Origin: Podarcis liolepis
Taxonomy: Eukaryota
DNA length: 64,000 bases
Assembly: GCA_965112155.1 (NCBI GenBank)
Contig: OZ218101.1
Direction: 5' to 3' (one strand)
Under the pieces are notes generated by a model. That model was not told the DNA's origin, made no database searches, and saw only the letters and a list, made by a program, of their open reading frames with translations. This document shows, piece by piece, positions 10,380 through 22,900 of this stretch. A program made the translations under genes and the position numbers. The first letter of the stretch is position 1. Each line of letters begins with the position of its first letter.

Positions 10380-10990
10380 AAAGGAGGCGCTGTAGAATCC
10401 GACGCATCCTACGTTTCTTAGCTTCAGACCATTCAGCTCCGGCAGCAAACCCGGAAGTGAGCGGGCGTCACGTCCGGCGGTTCCCCGTCACGTGACTGCC
10501 TTAGAAACTGTGGAATATGGCGGCGCCCGTGTCTCCGCCGTTGGTGGCGGAAGAAGGGCCGGCGAAAGTGAGGTAAGGAGGGCTCTGCGGAAGGGTCTGG
10601 TCCCCCTTATGGGGAGCTTCCCGCACGGAGGTGGAACCGGAGGTGGCGCGCGCTCGCTCGCTCGCTCATACGCTCGTCTCAGCTCCCGGTTCCCACACGT
10701 GGCGCTTTCGGGGATGAGGAAGCGCCACACAACCCCTCCCCCCCCCGACCCAAGCGTAAGCTGGGCTGCTCCTGCTTCTGGTAGTGGAAGGTTGAGCTGG
10801 GCTTCATAAGGGCGGGAAGGTTTCTGCAGGAGCCGCTGGAAAGCCTGACATGCTGCGCGTGCTTCAGGTGCTGCTTAGCTCCGAATGGGTGGGATTAAAG
10901 TGTACCTGGGGGAAAGCCATGAGGCAGGCAGATGTCATTTGTTGTGATGTGAAGGAAGGGGGGGGGGCGCCGCGGGGAACGTATAGGTAG
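10380..10990 (+). promoter_or_regulatory. ZRSR2 CpG-island promoter with ETS/GABP (CCGGAAGT 10451-10458), palindromic E-box GTCACGTGAC (10487-10496) and YY1-like ATGGCGGC at the start codon
   Basis: CpG-rich, TATA-less, housekeeping-type motifs directly upstream of the ATG. Confidence 0.75.
10517..10572 (+). CDS. ZRSR2: ZRSR2 exon 1 (MAAPVSPPLVAEEGPAKVS)
   Basis: ATG GCG GCG; donor AG|GTAAGG. Confidence 0.85.
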
Positions 10991-13900
10991 GTGGTGACTT
11001 TTGAAGCATCGCTATGGCTTGAAGCGAATCCAAAACCCTTAATGCTTAGTGAAATTGCAAAATCGTTAAGCCTTTATAGAGAAAGGGTCACGGATCCGAT
11101 ACAAGAAAGCGAGAAAAATAACTGTCCCTTTTATGTGGATGCCGTTAGATCTTTGGTATGCAATTAAAAAGACACCTGAGACTATGCCAACTGTTGCAAA
11201 CTCAACAGTAAAAAAGTGTTAAAGGAGTACAGTACAGTAACGTCTTCTTAAGGATTGGCACTGGGAAGTTTGGTACATGTTAAAACAAAGACATTGTACT
11301 TCTATACAGTGGTACCTTGGGTTACATATGCTTCAGGTTACATACGCCACTAACCCAGAAATAGTACCTCGGGTTAAGAACTTTGCATCAGGCTGAGAAC
11401 AGAAATCGTATTCTGGTGGCGCGGCAGCAGCAGGAGGCCCCATTAGCTAAAGTGGTGCTTCAGGTTAAGAACAGTTTCTGGTTAAGAACGGACCTCTGGA
11501 ATGAATTAAGTACTTAACCCGAGGTACCACTGTAGTTGGTTGGGGAACTGCTGTTGAAACATTTCTTAGACTTCATAATATGTATACATTTTGAACTAGA
11601 AATTGTATAGAACTGACAATCTGTGCCCAGTTTTTCTTTCTTTTGTTTATTATTCGTTTAGTATTTTCCTCCATTTCTTGGTTGGAATAATAAGCTTGCA
11701 TTCTTTCTTTTTTCCAAAAAATATTTTGTGGCAAAATATTAAAACAAGTAAATTTAAGTGGTTGCAATTCAACTTTAATATTAATGGCTGCAATCCCAGC
11801 AGCCTTTGAACTTTGAATAAATATGAATAGGATTTTGACATAAAAGAATCAGTTTACAGGGCAATCTCACCCATGTCTTCACCGAAGTCCCACTGGGTTT
11901 GTTGTGATATACTTACCAGTTTGCATTTCTTAGTGCAGAAAGTATTGATCTGATGTGTGATCTTTCCTATTCTAATTAATTCAAGAGGGTTCTGGGGGCT
12001 TCTGTGTGTGAAAGAAAAAAGCAGGTGGTTCGTGATGTTTGGGTTATTCCTTCAGAGAAGCTGAGTACAGCTGGCTTAAATTCTTATCTCTTCTGTCAAG
12101 GTAATGCTGACTACAAAAATAGGCCAGGAGGAGCCCGGGTTTCACTTTCTCTTTCTATCTCTTTTCCTTCTGGTGTGGTGTTCTGTACATAGTATGCTTG
12201 GTGTTAAGGTTTAGACTTATAAGTTATTGTAAGTTTAAGTTAAGTCTGCTGCAACTGGATTTCTTATGGACTACATCCAATCCTGGATGTAGGATTTGTG
12301 ACCATTATGCTCATTTGCCTTCAGTAGCAGTAAAGCTCTGCTAGATGAAATAATTGTCTCTGGTCTATTTTTGAGAAATTCTGCAACATGTTTAAGTTTT
12401 TACTTGGCTAGCTATACATCGGAGTTCTGCTCTGGATCATATTGAGTAGAATTCTATGACAATACTATCAGAAAAAATGACATTTGTTTGTTTTAATCTA
12501 ATAAGAAAACATTGTTATAAATGTTTGTATGTTCAACACTTGAGAAATCCTAGTTGACTGTTAGCTGGCCAATTACTACAGAAACAAAGAAGAATCTTTT
12601 TTCCATTTTCAGCCACAAAAAGTACAGAGCACTTTTGAAGAAAGAGAAACGGAAGAAAAAGAGACAAGCACTAGCAAGATTGAGAGATTCAGGTAAAAGC
12701 TAAGTTGATGAATGGCACAGATTACTTGTGAAATATGAGCTAAATTTCAGCTCTCAGAAGATGGTTGTTATTGGTATTCAGAAGTGTTTAAAAATGTTGT
12801 TTTAGATTGAAAAGAATAGGTAATTGTTTTTCATTACTTGTCAACAAGGCTGCAGCCTCTTCATCTGATCATAGGTTGGGAAGTGTACCGTATTTTTTGC
12901 ACCATAACACTCACTTTTTTCCTCCTAGAAAGTAAGGGGAAATGTCTGTGCATGTTATGGAGGAAATGCCTACGGGTGGCATGCCTACGGATTTTCCTCC
13001 TCTAAAAACTACGTGCGTGTTATGGTCGGGTGCGTGTTATAGAGCGAAAAATACGGTAATTCATGACTGTGGCAATCTTGAGAACATAGGCTCTATGCAT
13101 GCACTGAAGACTGCCTTGGACCTTAGATTGTGTAGAATGCAGTGGTTTGCCTCATGGCAAGGGTAAGCTATCTATGTTATATATTTAAAACGAGGTACCC
13201 TTTTTTCTCTTCAGAAAAAGGAGAGAAAGATGAACAGGTTTCTGAAAAGCTAGAAGATGACGACCTAGATGATGAAGAAAAACAACTCGAAGAGGAAAGG
13301 TAAATTAAAATTATATTTAATTGGCAGCTCTACTCTATGCATATTTACCGTATTTTTCGCCCCATAAGACGCACCGGCCCATAAGACGCACCTAGATTTT
13401 TGGGGGGGAAATAAAGGAAAAAAAATTTATTTCCCCCCCAGGTGCGCTGCGCTACACCAGGAGCTTGGGGCGTGCGGAGCTCAGCGCGCCCCAAGCTTCT
13501 GCGTGCAGGCAAGGTCTCCGCTAGCGTCGGAGAGCCGGGCGCCTCTCCCAGGGCTAGCGGACTCCTGCGCTAATCCAGAAGCTTGGGGCAAGCTGAGGTC
13601 AGCGCGCCCCAAGCTTCTGCGTGCCGGCAAGCAGTCCGCTAGCCCTGGGAGAGCCGCGGGGCTCTCCCAGGGCTAGCGGATCGCTGCGCTATACCAGGAG
13701 CTTGGGGCGTGCTGAGCTCAGTGCGCCCCAAGCTTCTAGGTGCGCGCAAGCAGTCCGCTGCCGCCCCAAGCCTGGCGCACCCGGCAGGAGGTCCCACCGG
13801 GTGCGCGAGGCTTGGGGCGGCAGCGGACTGCTTGCGTGCACCTAGAAGCTAGCAGTCCGCTGCCGCCCCAAGCCTGGCGCACCCGGTGGGACCTCCTGCC

Positions 13901-16900
13901 GGGTGCGCCAGGCTTGGGGCGGCAGCGGACTGCTAGCTTCTAGGTGCGCGCAAGCAGTCCGCTGCCGCCCCAAGCCTCGCGCACCCCCTGCCGGGTGCGC
14001 CAGGCTTGGGGCGGCAGCGGACTGCTTGCGCGCACCTAGAAGCTAGCAGTCCGCTGCCGCCCCAAGCCTGGCGCACCCGGTGGGACCTCCTGCGGGTGCG
14101 CCAGGCTTGGGGCGGCAGCGGACTGCTAGCTTCTAGGTGCGCGCAAGCAGTCCGCTGCCGCCCCAAGCCTCGCGCACCCCCTGCCGGGTGCGCCAGGCTT
14201 GGGGCGGCAGCGGACTGCTTGCGCGCACCTAGAAGCTAGCAGTCCGCTGCCGCCCCAAGCCTCGCGCACCCGGTGGGACCTCCTGCGGGTGCGCCAGGCT
14301 TGGGGCGGCAGCGGACTGCTAGCTTCTAGGTGCGCGCAAGCAGTCCGCTGCCGCCCCAAGCCTCGCGCACCCCCTGCCGGGTGCGCCAGGCTTGGGGCGG
14401 CAGCGGACTGCTTGCGTGCACCTAGAAGCTAGCAGTCCGCTGCCGCCCCAAGCCTCGCGCACCCGGTGGGACCTCCTGCGGGTGCGCCAGGCTTGGGGCG
14501 GCAGCGGACTGCTAGCTTCTAGGTGCGCGCAAGCAGTCCGCTGCCGCCCCAAGCCTCGCGCACCCCCTGCCGGGTGCGCCAGGCTTGGGGCGGCAGCGGA
14601 CTGCTTGCGCGCACCTAGAAGCTAGCAGTCCGCTGCCGCCCCAAGCCTCGCGCACCCGGTGGGACCTCCTGCGGGTGCGCCAGGCTTGGGGCGGCAGCGG
14701 ACTGCTTGCGCGCACCTAGAAGCTAGCAGTCCGCTGCCGCCCCAAGCCTCGCGCACCCGCAGGAGGTCCCACCGGGTGCGCCAGGCTTGGGGCGGCAGCG
14801 GACTCCTTGCGCGCACCTAGAAGCTAGCAGTCCGCTGCCGCCCCAAGCCTGGAGCACCCGGTGGGACCTCCTGCAGGTGCGCCAGGCTTGGGGCGGCAGC
14901 GGACTGCTAGCTTCTAGGTGCGCGCAAGCAGTCCGCTGCCGCCCCAAGCCTCGCGCACCCGGTGGGACCTCCTGCCGGGTGCGCGAGGCTTGCAGACACT
15001 CGCCAGAAGCAGGGGGAGCCCTCCCGAGGGCTCCCCGTGCTTCGGGCGACAGGCTGCCGCCCCAAGCCTCGCGCACCCGGTGGGACCTCCTGCCGAGGGC
15101 GCGAGGCTTGCAGGCTTTCGCCCCATAAGACGCACCCCCGATTTCCTCTTCATTTTTGGAGAGGAAAAAGTGCGTCTTATGGGGCGAAAAATACGGTACT
15201 TAGAATAAAGTTCCAGTGGCTGATATTCAATGAAATGTGATGGAACAAGAGGATGCCCCTATGATATATTAACATTGCTTAGCTAGCTCAATAGACCAAA
15301 TGCAAAGGTGGTGGGTTGGATCCAGACTTTACTTCCACCTTCTTGTTGGCAGAGGTAGGGTGACTTTTGCCAATTCCGTTCTCCCCTTCCAGCCCACTGC
15401 TGTTGTGCAAGTGAAGTGTAAAGTTGCAGTGTTTAATTGCCTGTTTTAGGCCATAGTCCAAAACTTTGAGGAATTACTCTGCTAAATAGTCTTGAGGCTG
15501 CAACCTTATTCATAGTTATCTAGGGATACTCTCCATTGAACATAGTGCTTTAAATGCCAAGTAAACATGTATAAGTTAGCACTGTATGAATTGGAGCCTG
15601 TGCCCCCTAGCTCTTCTGAGGCCTTTCTTTAGAGGTCCGCCTTTGAAGATTAGGTGAGCAACTACACAAGAGAGATCCCTGGAATTCTATCCCCAGGTTG
15701 CTTAGTCTGACACCATCATTATTACCTTTTAGACACCAGGCCATGTTTCCCCCTGGGTGCCCAATCTTATTAGTAATTAGCTTATATGGTTTAGCCATAT
15801 GGCTGCTACTTTACTGCTGTGCTTTTGCTATTTTAAACAGTACTTAATTTGAATATTACTATTTTAAATAGAAAGGCAGAATTATTATTTTTTTAAGAAA
15901 TAAAAACATAGTAAGTTTGATGACATTCAGTGATAACCCAGGATTCATCGGATTCTATTTGCAGGCAGAGGCTTCATGAGGAGTGGTTGCTGCGAGAAGA
16001 AAGGGCACAAGAAGCTTTTAAGATCAGGAAAGCAAAAGAAGAAGCAGCAAGAAAACGTCAAGAGGAGGAAGAGGTGCAGTATATGCTTTGACTACCTTTT
16101 TGGAGCAGACATTCTAAACATAAAAATAATTACTGAGGTCTTTATTAAAAAAACAACACCACCAAAAAGCAATGGTTGTGTGAGAGGACTTCTCTCTCCA
16201 GCCACCCATCACCTCCATCTGTCTCTGCTGGAAAACCCTGCAACCTGCTGGTGCAGGGTTGCTGGAGGAGCTGCAGGGGGGAAATGAGAACCAATTCTGT
16301 CAGAGGTGACTTTTCCACTGGCAGATGGACAGTGTTAGATTTCACACCTTCATTTTACCTTTGACTAATTTTGGAAAACACAGCACTAAAGTATAGTGCT
16401 TAAGGCTGGCTTATTTCTGGGAAAGTTTTCATCGATTGTTGGGAGGCTGATTTTAAATGATGAGGGCAAAGTTGGACTTTTAAGGCTCGTTCAGTTCTGT
16501 GTTAACTGTAATCTGCAATGAAGGGGGGGCGGGAAGAAGTTAACACACACCTAATGACCTATGTTGCTTTCTTCAGTATCTCAAAAAAAGTAGTAGATAG
16601 GTAGCCGTGTTGGTCTGCCATAGTCAAAATAAAAAAAATCCTTCCAGTAGCACCTTAAAGACCAACTAAGTTAGTTCTTGGTATGAGCTTTCGTGTGCAT
16701 GCACACTTCTTCAGATACACAAAAAAAGTAAGTGGCAAATTAGTTTACATTTATCACTTATTGGTTAAAGCAAGTAGCAACTAAAATTATTTTATTTGTT
16801 CAGCCTTCATGGAGATATTTAGCATAATGCCAGTCTCTGTTTGTTTTTTTAAAGCAAAGAATAAAAGAAGAATGGGAGGAACAGCAAAGGAAAGAGCAAG

Positions 16901-19900
16901 AGGAGGAGGACCGGAAAAAACAAGTGAAGAGAGAGAGAGAGGTGATTCCTGCTCTAGGAGGATAAAACACAGTGCATATCCTCTTACAGTAATAATAGGA
17001 CTAAAAAAAAAGTACAAAATGACATAGTGTTGGAACACGAGGGTTGAAAAGTTTTTCTTTCTGTGCTTCTGCATAACGTTGTAAATGGAACATGCTATGA
17101 ATAAGTGAGGCTGCAATGCTATACCTGCTTACTGGGAGTAAACCCCATTGAATTCAAAAGGATTTACTTCTGAGTAGACATGTATAAGAAAGCACTGTAA
17201 ATGTAGATGCACCCTTCGTTATTCAGGGCAGCATATAAGTTGCTAATATTATTGCTGCAGTATCTTGCCTTATTCCTAAGGCTCCGGGCAAATGCTTGTT
17301 ATTTTTCATTGTTTTTAAAAGGCACAGGAAACAGAATGACAAAATAGAATCTCCCCTGAAATGTTCCATGAATGCTCCCAAATATTTTGTGCCCTTTGGC
17401 AGCCTTCTTCACTGCAGCTGGCAATTGTGATTACACTTCATGAGGGAGAAGGGACACAAACTCTCAGCAGCTATTCATACATTTGTTGGTAGCTGCCGCC
17501 AGGCTAGCCTTCCCTACAGTTCTGCAACTGGCAGAGGGAAGGGTTTCTTGTGACTATTGGGCCAGTCCTCACACACAGAATTATTGTTGGGAGGTTCTGG
17601 GCACAAGCTATGAATTCTTATGTTTAACAGTAGTGTAATCTCTCTAAGAAACTATAGCAAGTATACGTATACTAACTTCTTTTTAGAACTTAACTTCACA
17701 AGTAATTTTACTGCTGCGATTCCTTAACCATTTTTTCCACTCAAAGATGTTACAGCTCATCTTTACCTGACTCATTCATCAAGATGTATCTTTTTCTATA
17801 GCTTGCTGGGTGTGGGAAGGAACATAATATAATGCTTTCAGCTTCTTGTAGGTTAATTTGTTGAATGCCTTGCTCAGCATATAGAGAGCAAATGGTGATC
17901 TTAATCATGGAATTGTAGAGTTCGAAGGCACCCTGAGGATCATATAGTCCAACCCCCTGCAATGCAAGAATATACAGCTGCCACACATAGGGATCCAACC
18001 TGCAACCTTGGCATTATCAGTACCTTGCTCTAACCAACGGAGCTATCCAGGCCCATGACTTGCCTCTTATTATGTTGGGATTTAACTGGTCCAGAACAAT
18101 CATCAAATGAGATTATGAAACTGTTTTAGTTGACCAGCAGTTTGTGTAATGTATAGATAGCAATCTTGACGGAGTACTACTCCTAGTATCTTTTGAAAGT
18201 AGATGAAATTGTTGGAAACAGTCCATTCCTTACTACTTCAGCAAAAGTATGATGTTGAGGGAAATTGCCACTTTTAGCTTTGATGGAAGTAATAATTTTA
18301 TTTGATTTTCAAAACTTATATATCCCACTCTTTGTCCTAAGACCCCTGTATGTCACTACATAAATGACAAATTTACCATGAACTAGAAACCATCCATCAG
18401 TTCCTTTAAAATCTAGGTGTTCCTCTACATTGAAAAACCTAACAAAAAGGACATGTCTTCAGCTGGTGCCTGTAGCGAAACAATGTTGCCACCAGCCAAA
18501 TTTCTAGGAGCATGTTCTGTAGCTGGGATGCTATTTCTAAAGATGTTCATTTACTGATTCATCAGCCCCCAAACTTTCTTTGATATGGGGAAAGGTGCTG
18601 CCTTAGATAACCAGGTCCACAGCTGTTTAGGGCTTTCTGCAGCAAGACTGGAACCTTGAATTGGGTTTGGCAGTTAATTGGCAGGCAATGCAGATCTTCA
18701 ATTGATATTATAGGGTCCCTAGGCAGCATACCCAACAAGTCTCTGGTGGCCTCATTTTGCACTAGCTATATCTTCTGAACCACCTTTCAGGGCTGCACCA
18801 AGTTGAATGTGTTTCAGTAGTTTAAATGGGAGGCCACTGCAGTTTGAATCACAGCCACAAGACTACCCCTGTTGAGGAATATAGGCACTCTGTGCCACTG
18901 AAACCACCTTCGCTTCCAGACAAGGTAGAATCCAGGAGTACACCCTGTCAGTGATCCTGATCTTTCAGAGGGAATGCAACTCCATCCAGAACAGGCCACC
19001 TACCAAATCTGTGAACTCAGAAACGGTGGCGGAGCTTCATGCTACGGAACTGGGGGGCAGAGAGCAGGTGGGGGGTGGGGCAGGGAGTGTTGCCTGTGGG
19101 GGCGGGGGGGGCAACCACGATGGCACCCTGCCAAGATCGTGCTGCCGGGGGCAGTGCACTCCCCCCGCACTCCTCTTCCTCCGCCAGTGCTCAGAATTCA
19201 GCTTCAGTTCATTGGCAATTATCCAGCCCATTACAGCATCTAGACATTGAGAAACGAAGGGGGAAGATGTACAATGGAAATCAGTGCAAGCTGACAATTA
19301 AGCCAAAACAACTGTGTGTATGTCAGGGGAAATATATTGTTGCTAAACTTGGGTGACTGGGTTCCTAAGGCACTCCTTTCTGGTAGTCCGATAGAAACCG
19401 CAAAGCTGGTTATTAATTCTCCTTACTCTATTGGAAGCTTCCTTTTTGCAGGCTGGACTTTCAGTACGCTGGTACCCAGCTTGAATACATACTGGGGAAC
19501 TGAACTCTAGTTACACAGACTCTGTCCCTCTCAGACACCACTGCAGTGGTGGCAGCCGGTGGGCCTGGGAATGTTTGACCTTCTGGACATCACTGAGTAA
19601 ACTGTTTCAAAACCAGGTTCTAGGCACAATCTTCACAGCAGAGTCTTTGGCATCAAATCCTTCAGGAGAAAATTCCATGTGATAAGAAACTAGATGGTGA
19701 ATCTGGGCCACTCAACTCAAATAGAAGTTGAGAAAGGTCTTCAAAAGATGTATGCCTATGCTAAATCACTTGCAGGACTGGGCTGCTGTCTTTATTTGAC
19801 TTGCAGATACTTGGAAATTGAAAGAATATGGTAATAAATTTTAACCTTCAGTTCTGTTTGCTCTTTAAGCTCTTTGTGTCAAAATTTTGCAATTGTGTCA

Positions 19901-22900
19901 AATAATGGGGGGAATTATTTAAATGTAACTAGAATGTTTTCTACATTTTTCTTTGGGCATTCTTAGTAACATGGAAGCTTTTTCCAGTTTTATTTGACAA
20001 AACTAACAGAACATAATATAAAACCTGAATATTATGGTCTTGACTGAAGAAACCAGATGATGTCTCCATTCAGGGTTTTCACTAGTCCTATGTTTGCACC
20101 ATTTATAGGAAGCTGTGCAGAAGATGTTGGACCAGGCTGAAAGTCAGGTATGTTTAGAGCTTTTGAAAATGGATCACTGAGCGGCTCTTCTTTCTGGAGA
20201 ACAATGGCAGCTTGTTCTTTCATATGGGTTATGTAATTAGCTTGTATCGCACCATACGTCTCTCTTTAACAGATTATACAATTCCTGACACAGGCTTGCC
20301 CTGCAGCTTGCGATGAATTTTGCCAAGAACTAGACTGTGTGGACCTCATCCTGGTCCAAAAATATGCTTTTTATTTTCTTAAGAATATGTGCTCAAAATC
20401 AACATGGAGCTGTTCGGTATCAGTCATTCAGAGATTCAATGCAGTCCTGATATATAATTTTTAAGAGCTGACGGACCATGAAGATGCTCATAAATTTGTT
20501 GATGTGACTGAATTAGATTCCTGTGCTTTAAAGTCTCTCTGAAGGTCAGAGGAGAGGGATTGTACAGGTTCTAATGGTATAGAAAAGGTGTTATTCTCTT
20601 TGGAAAGAGAGTTGCCTTCTGCAGTGCGTAAGTGCAGTGCCCAGAAGTATTTTAGCACTCTGCATACACTCAACAGCACTTGCAGTTGGGCTACAATTCC
20701 ATGCTCGCTTTCCTGGGAGCAAGTCCTGTTGAATTTAGTGGGATATACAAGGCCTGTTGAAGCTTACTGGGATGCCTAACAAAAATTGTTCAGTATATTC
20801 AGTGTACAAGTATGCAAAGTTTCACACTTGTAAGTCAAAGTGTATGTTTTTAGGGTTAACCCTCTCCAGTCTTTTCTTTGGTCTAGATTTCAATATTTAA
20901 AGCAGATTATAGTATTTCCCTAAACTGTTTGGTGACGTTCCGTTTCAGTGGCGAAATTGTTTCTCCCCACCATCTTGCAATTATAATCACTCCTATTTTC
21001 ATAAATTGAATTTATTCATGACCAGTATTCAGTTTGTTAACATATATAATGTTCTTGTTTTCTATTTTAAAAAAATCCAGGTAGAAAATGGAACCACCTG
21101 GCATAATCCAGAGCCCCCAGAGAATATGGGACGTGAGAAAGATTGTGCCAATTGCCCATTCTATATTAAAACCGGAGCTTGCAAATTTGGAGACAGGTAA
21201 TTCAATTCTATATGGACCTTTTAAAAATATGGCTTGCATTTTATTTTGCTGGGGGCAGGGAATCTACAGGTGTATTACTGTTTCAATACTTCAGTTTAGC
21301 TCTCATTTTCACACTGTGATAGGAAAGAGATTTCTGTTTTTTCATGTTTAAAAGCCTGTGAATGGAAACACCTTCCATTCATGGAGGGGGAAAATATAGG
21401 ATCTAAGTTGCTGTTTCTTGAACTGTTCCATTTTAAATGAAAGATCTAAATAACGGCTACTGCTGCTTGTATTAGAGTTCTAGTTTTTAATTTCCCCCCA
21501 CTGCATATTAAGCCCATACAAATTAGGAAAGAAGGACTGGCATAGCTAAAGGAATAAATGATGGAAGTAAATTATAGCTGGGGAGAACTAAAATCTATGT
21601 TGGTGCTTGTGTTTTTAGCTTCACTGCAAATTCAACCTAGATTCTGAAATTGAGAAACTGCATTCAGGGTAGATTAATAGAGTTTTTGGCAAAAGGGAGA
21701 TCTATCCACCTAGGTAATTCACACCAAAGTACGCCTCTGGCAGAAATGGTGACTCCAGAAAGCCCAAATGCTTGTCCCCATGCTAGCTAACTAGACCTGG
21801 GGGGAATGTTACTTTCACAAGTCACAGCTGAGACATCAAAACAGAAAACTGCAAGCTAGCGTCAGTGAATTTGTGTGCAACGTATCCAGCTTTGTACTGA
21901 ATTCTTTGCTTCCCTAACTTTTCAGACAGATTGCTTGGGTCAAGAGCCTACAAGTTGCACATTATGAAATAGAATTGGGCAAGAATACAATGCATTATTT
22001 CAATTTTTATGCACTTCTTTTATACAACTGTTTGTATGGTACATAACGGATCTTAATTCGGGCATGGGCTGAATGTTCCCCATGCTCAGTCTATACTAAC
22101 CTAAGTTTTTGAATTCAAACCTTATAAGGTGCCTTGAGAACTTTTTATCGGATTGCCTATGCATATGAGGGACTAAGTATTTATACTAAAGTGCATAATA
22201 TATGGCTGCAGCTTCAGCAGCTGGAATAAGTGCTTTCTTTCTTTCCTTCTTTAAGATGTTCGCGGAGGCATAACCATCCAACCTCTAGTCAGACACTCCT
22301 TATTAGGGGTATGTTTTTCACTTTTGGGATGGAGCAGTGTAAAAGAGATGACTATGACACAGATGCAAGCCTGGAGTACAGTGAGGAAGAAATGCACCAA
22401 CAGTTCCTAGATTTCTATGAAGATGTACTTCCTGAATTCAGGAATGTGGGAAAGGTTATTCAGTTCAAGGTAAAACGCAAAATACTGTTTTGCTATTCCC
22501 TTAAGTAATTGCGGGCCGAGATCCAATGTAATGTTAGTGCAAGAAATTTGAGAGCTGATGTTGGGCAAGTGGTAGCCCACAAGCTTGAGGTATCACCAAG
22601 TATCATAGTGGTTGTGCTTGGGGTCTCACAACAGCTTTTGCAAGCACAAGACACTCACTGTAATTCTTGTGCTACTCCAGAACAAGGCTTATGCTAGTGG
22701 AATGACTGTTGTGTGAATGGGCTGTCACATTTGGAGATCATCCTAGGCATTCCTAATTTCCCTTCGTATGCAGATGTGGAGAGTAAAAAATTGGGGAGGA
22801 AGCAGTTAAGACCAGGATCTCTACCATGAAACACTCTGTGTGTTCAGTGGGGGTGGAGTCAGAACAAGTCCCTCTTAATTCCTTAGTTTTTCACACATTG

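Noticed and set aside
13735-14990. Regular repeat array resembling a CRISPR array, and the many 77-aa ORFs on both strands
   Set aside because: Eukaryotic intron, no unique spacers, no cas genes; the ORFs are by-products of a GC-rich palindromic repeat
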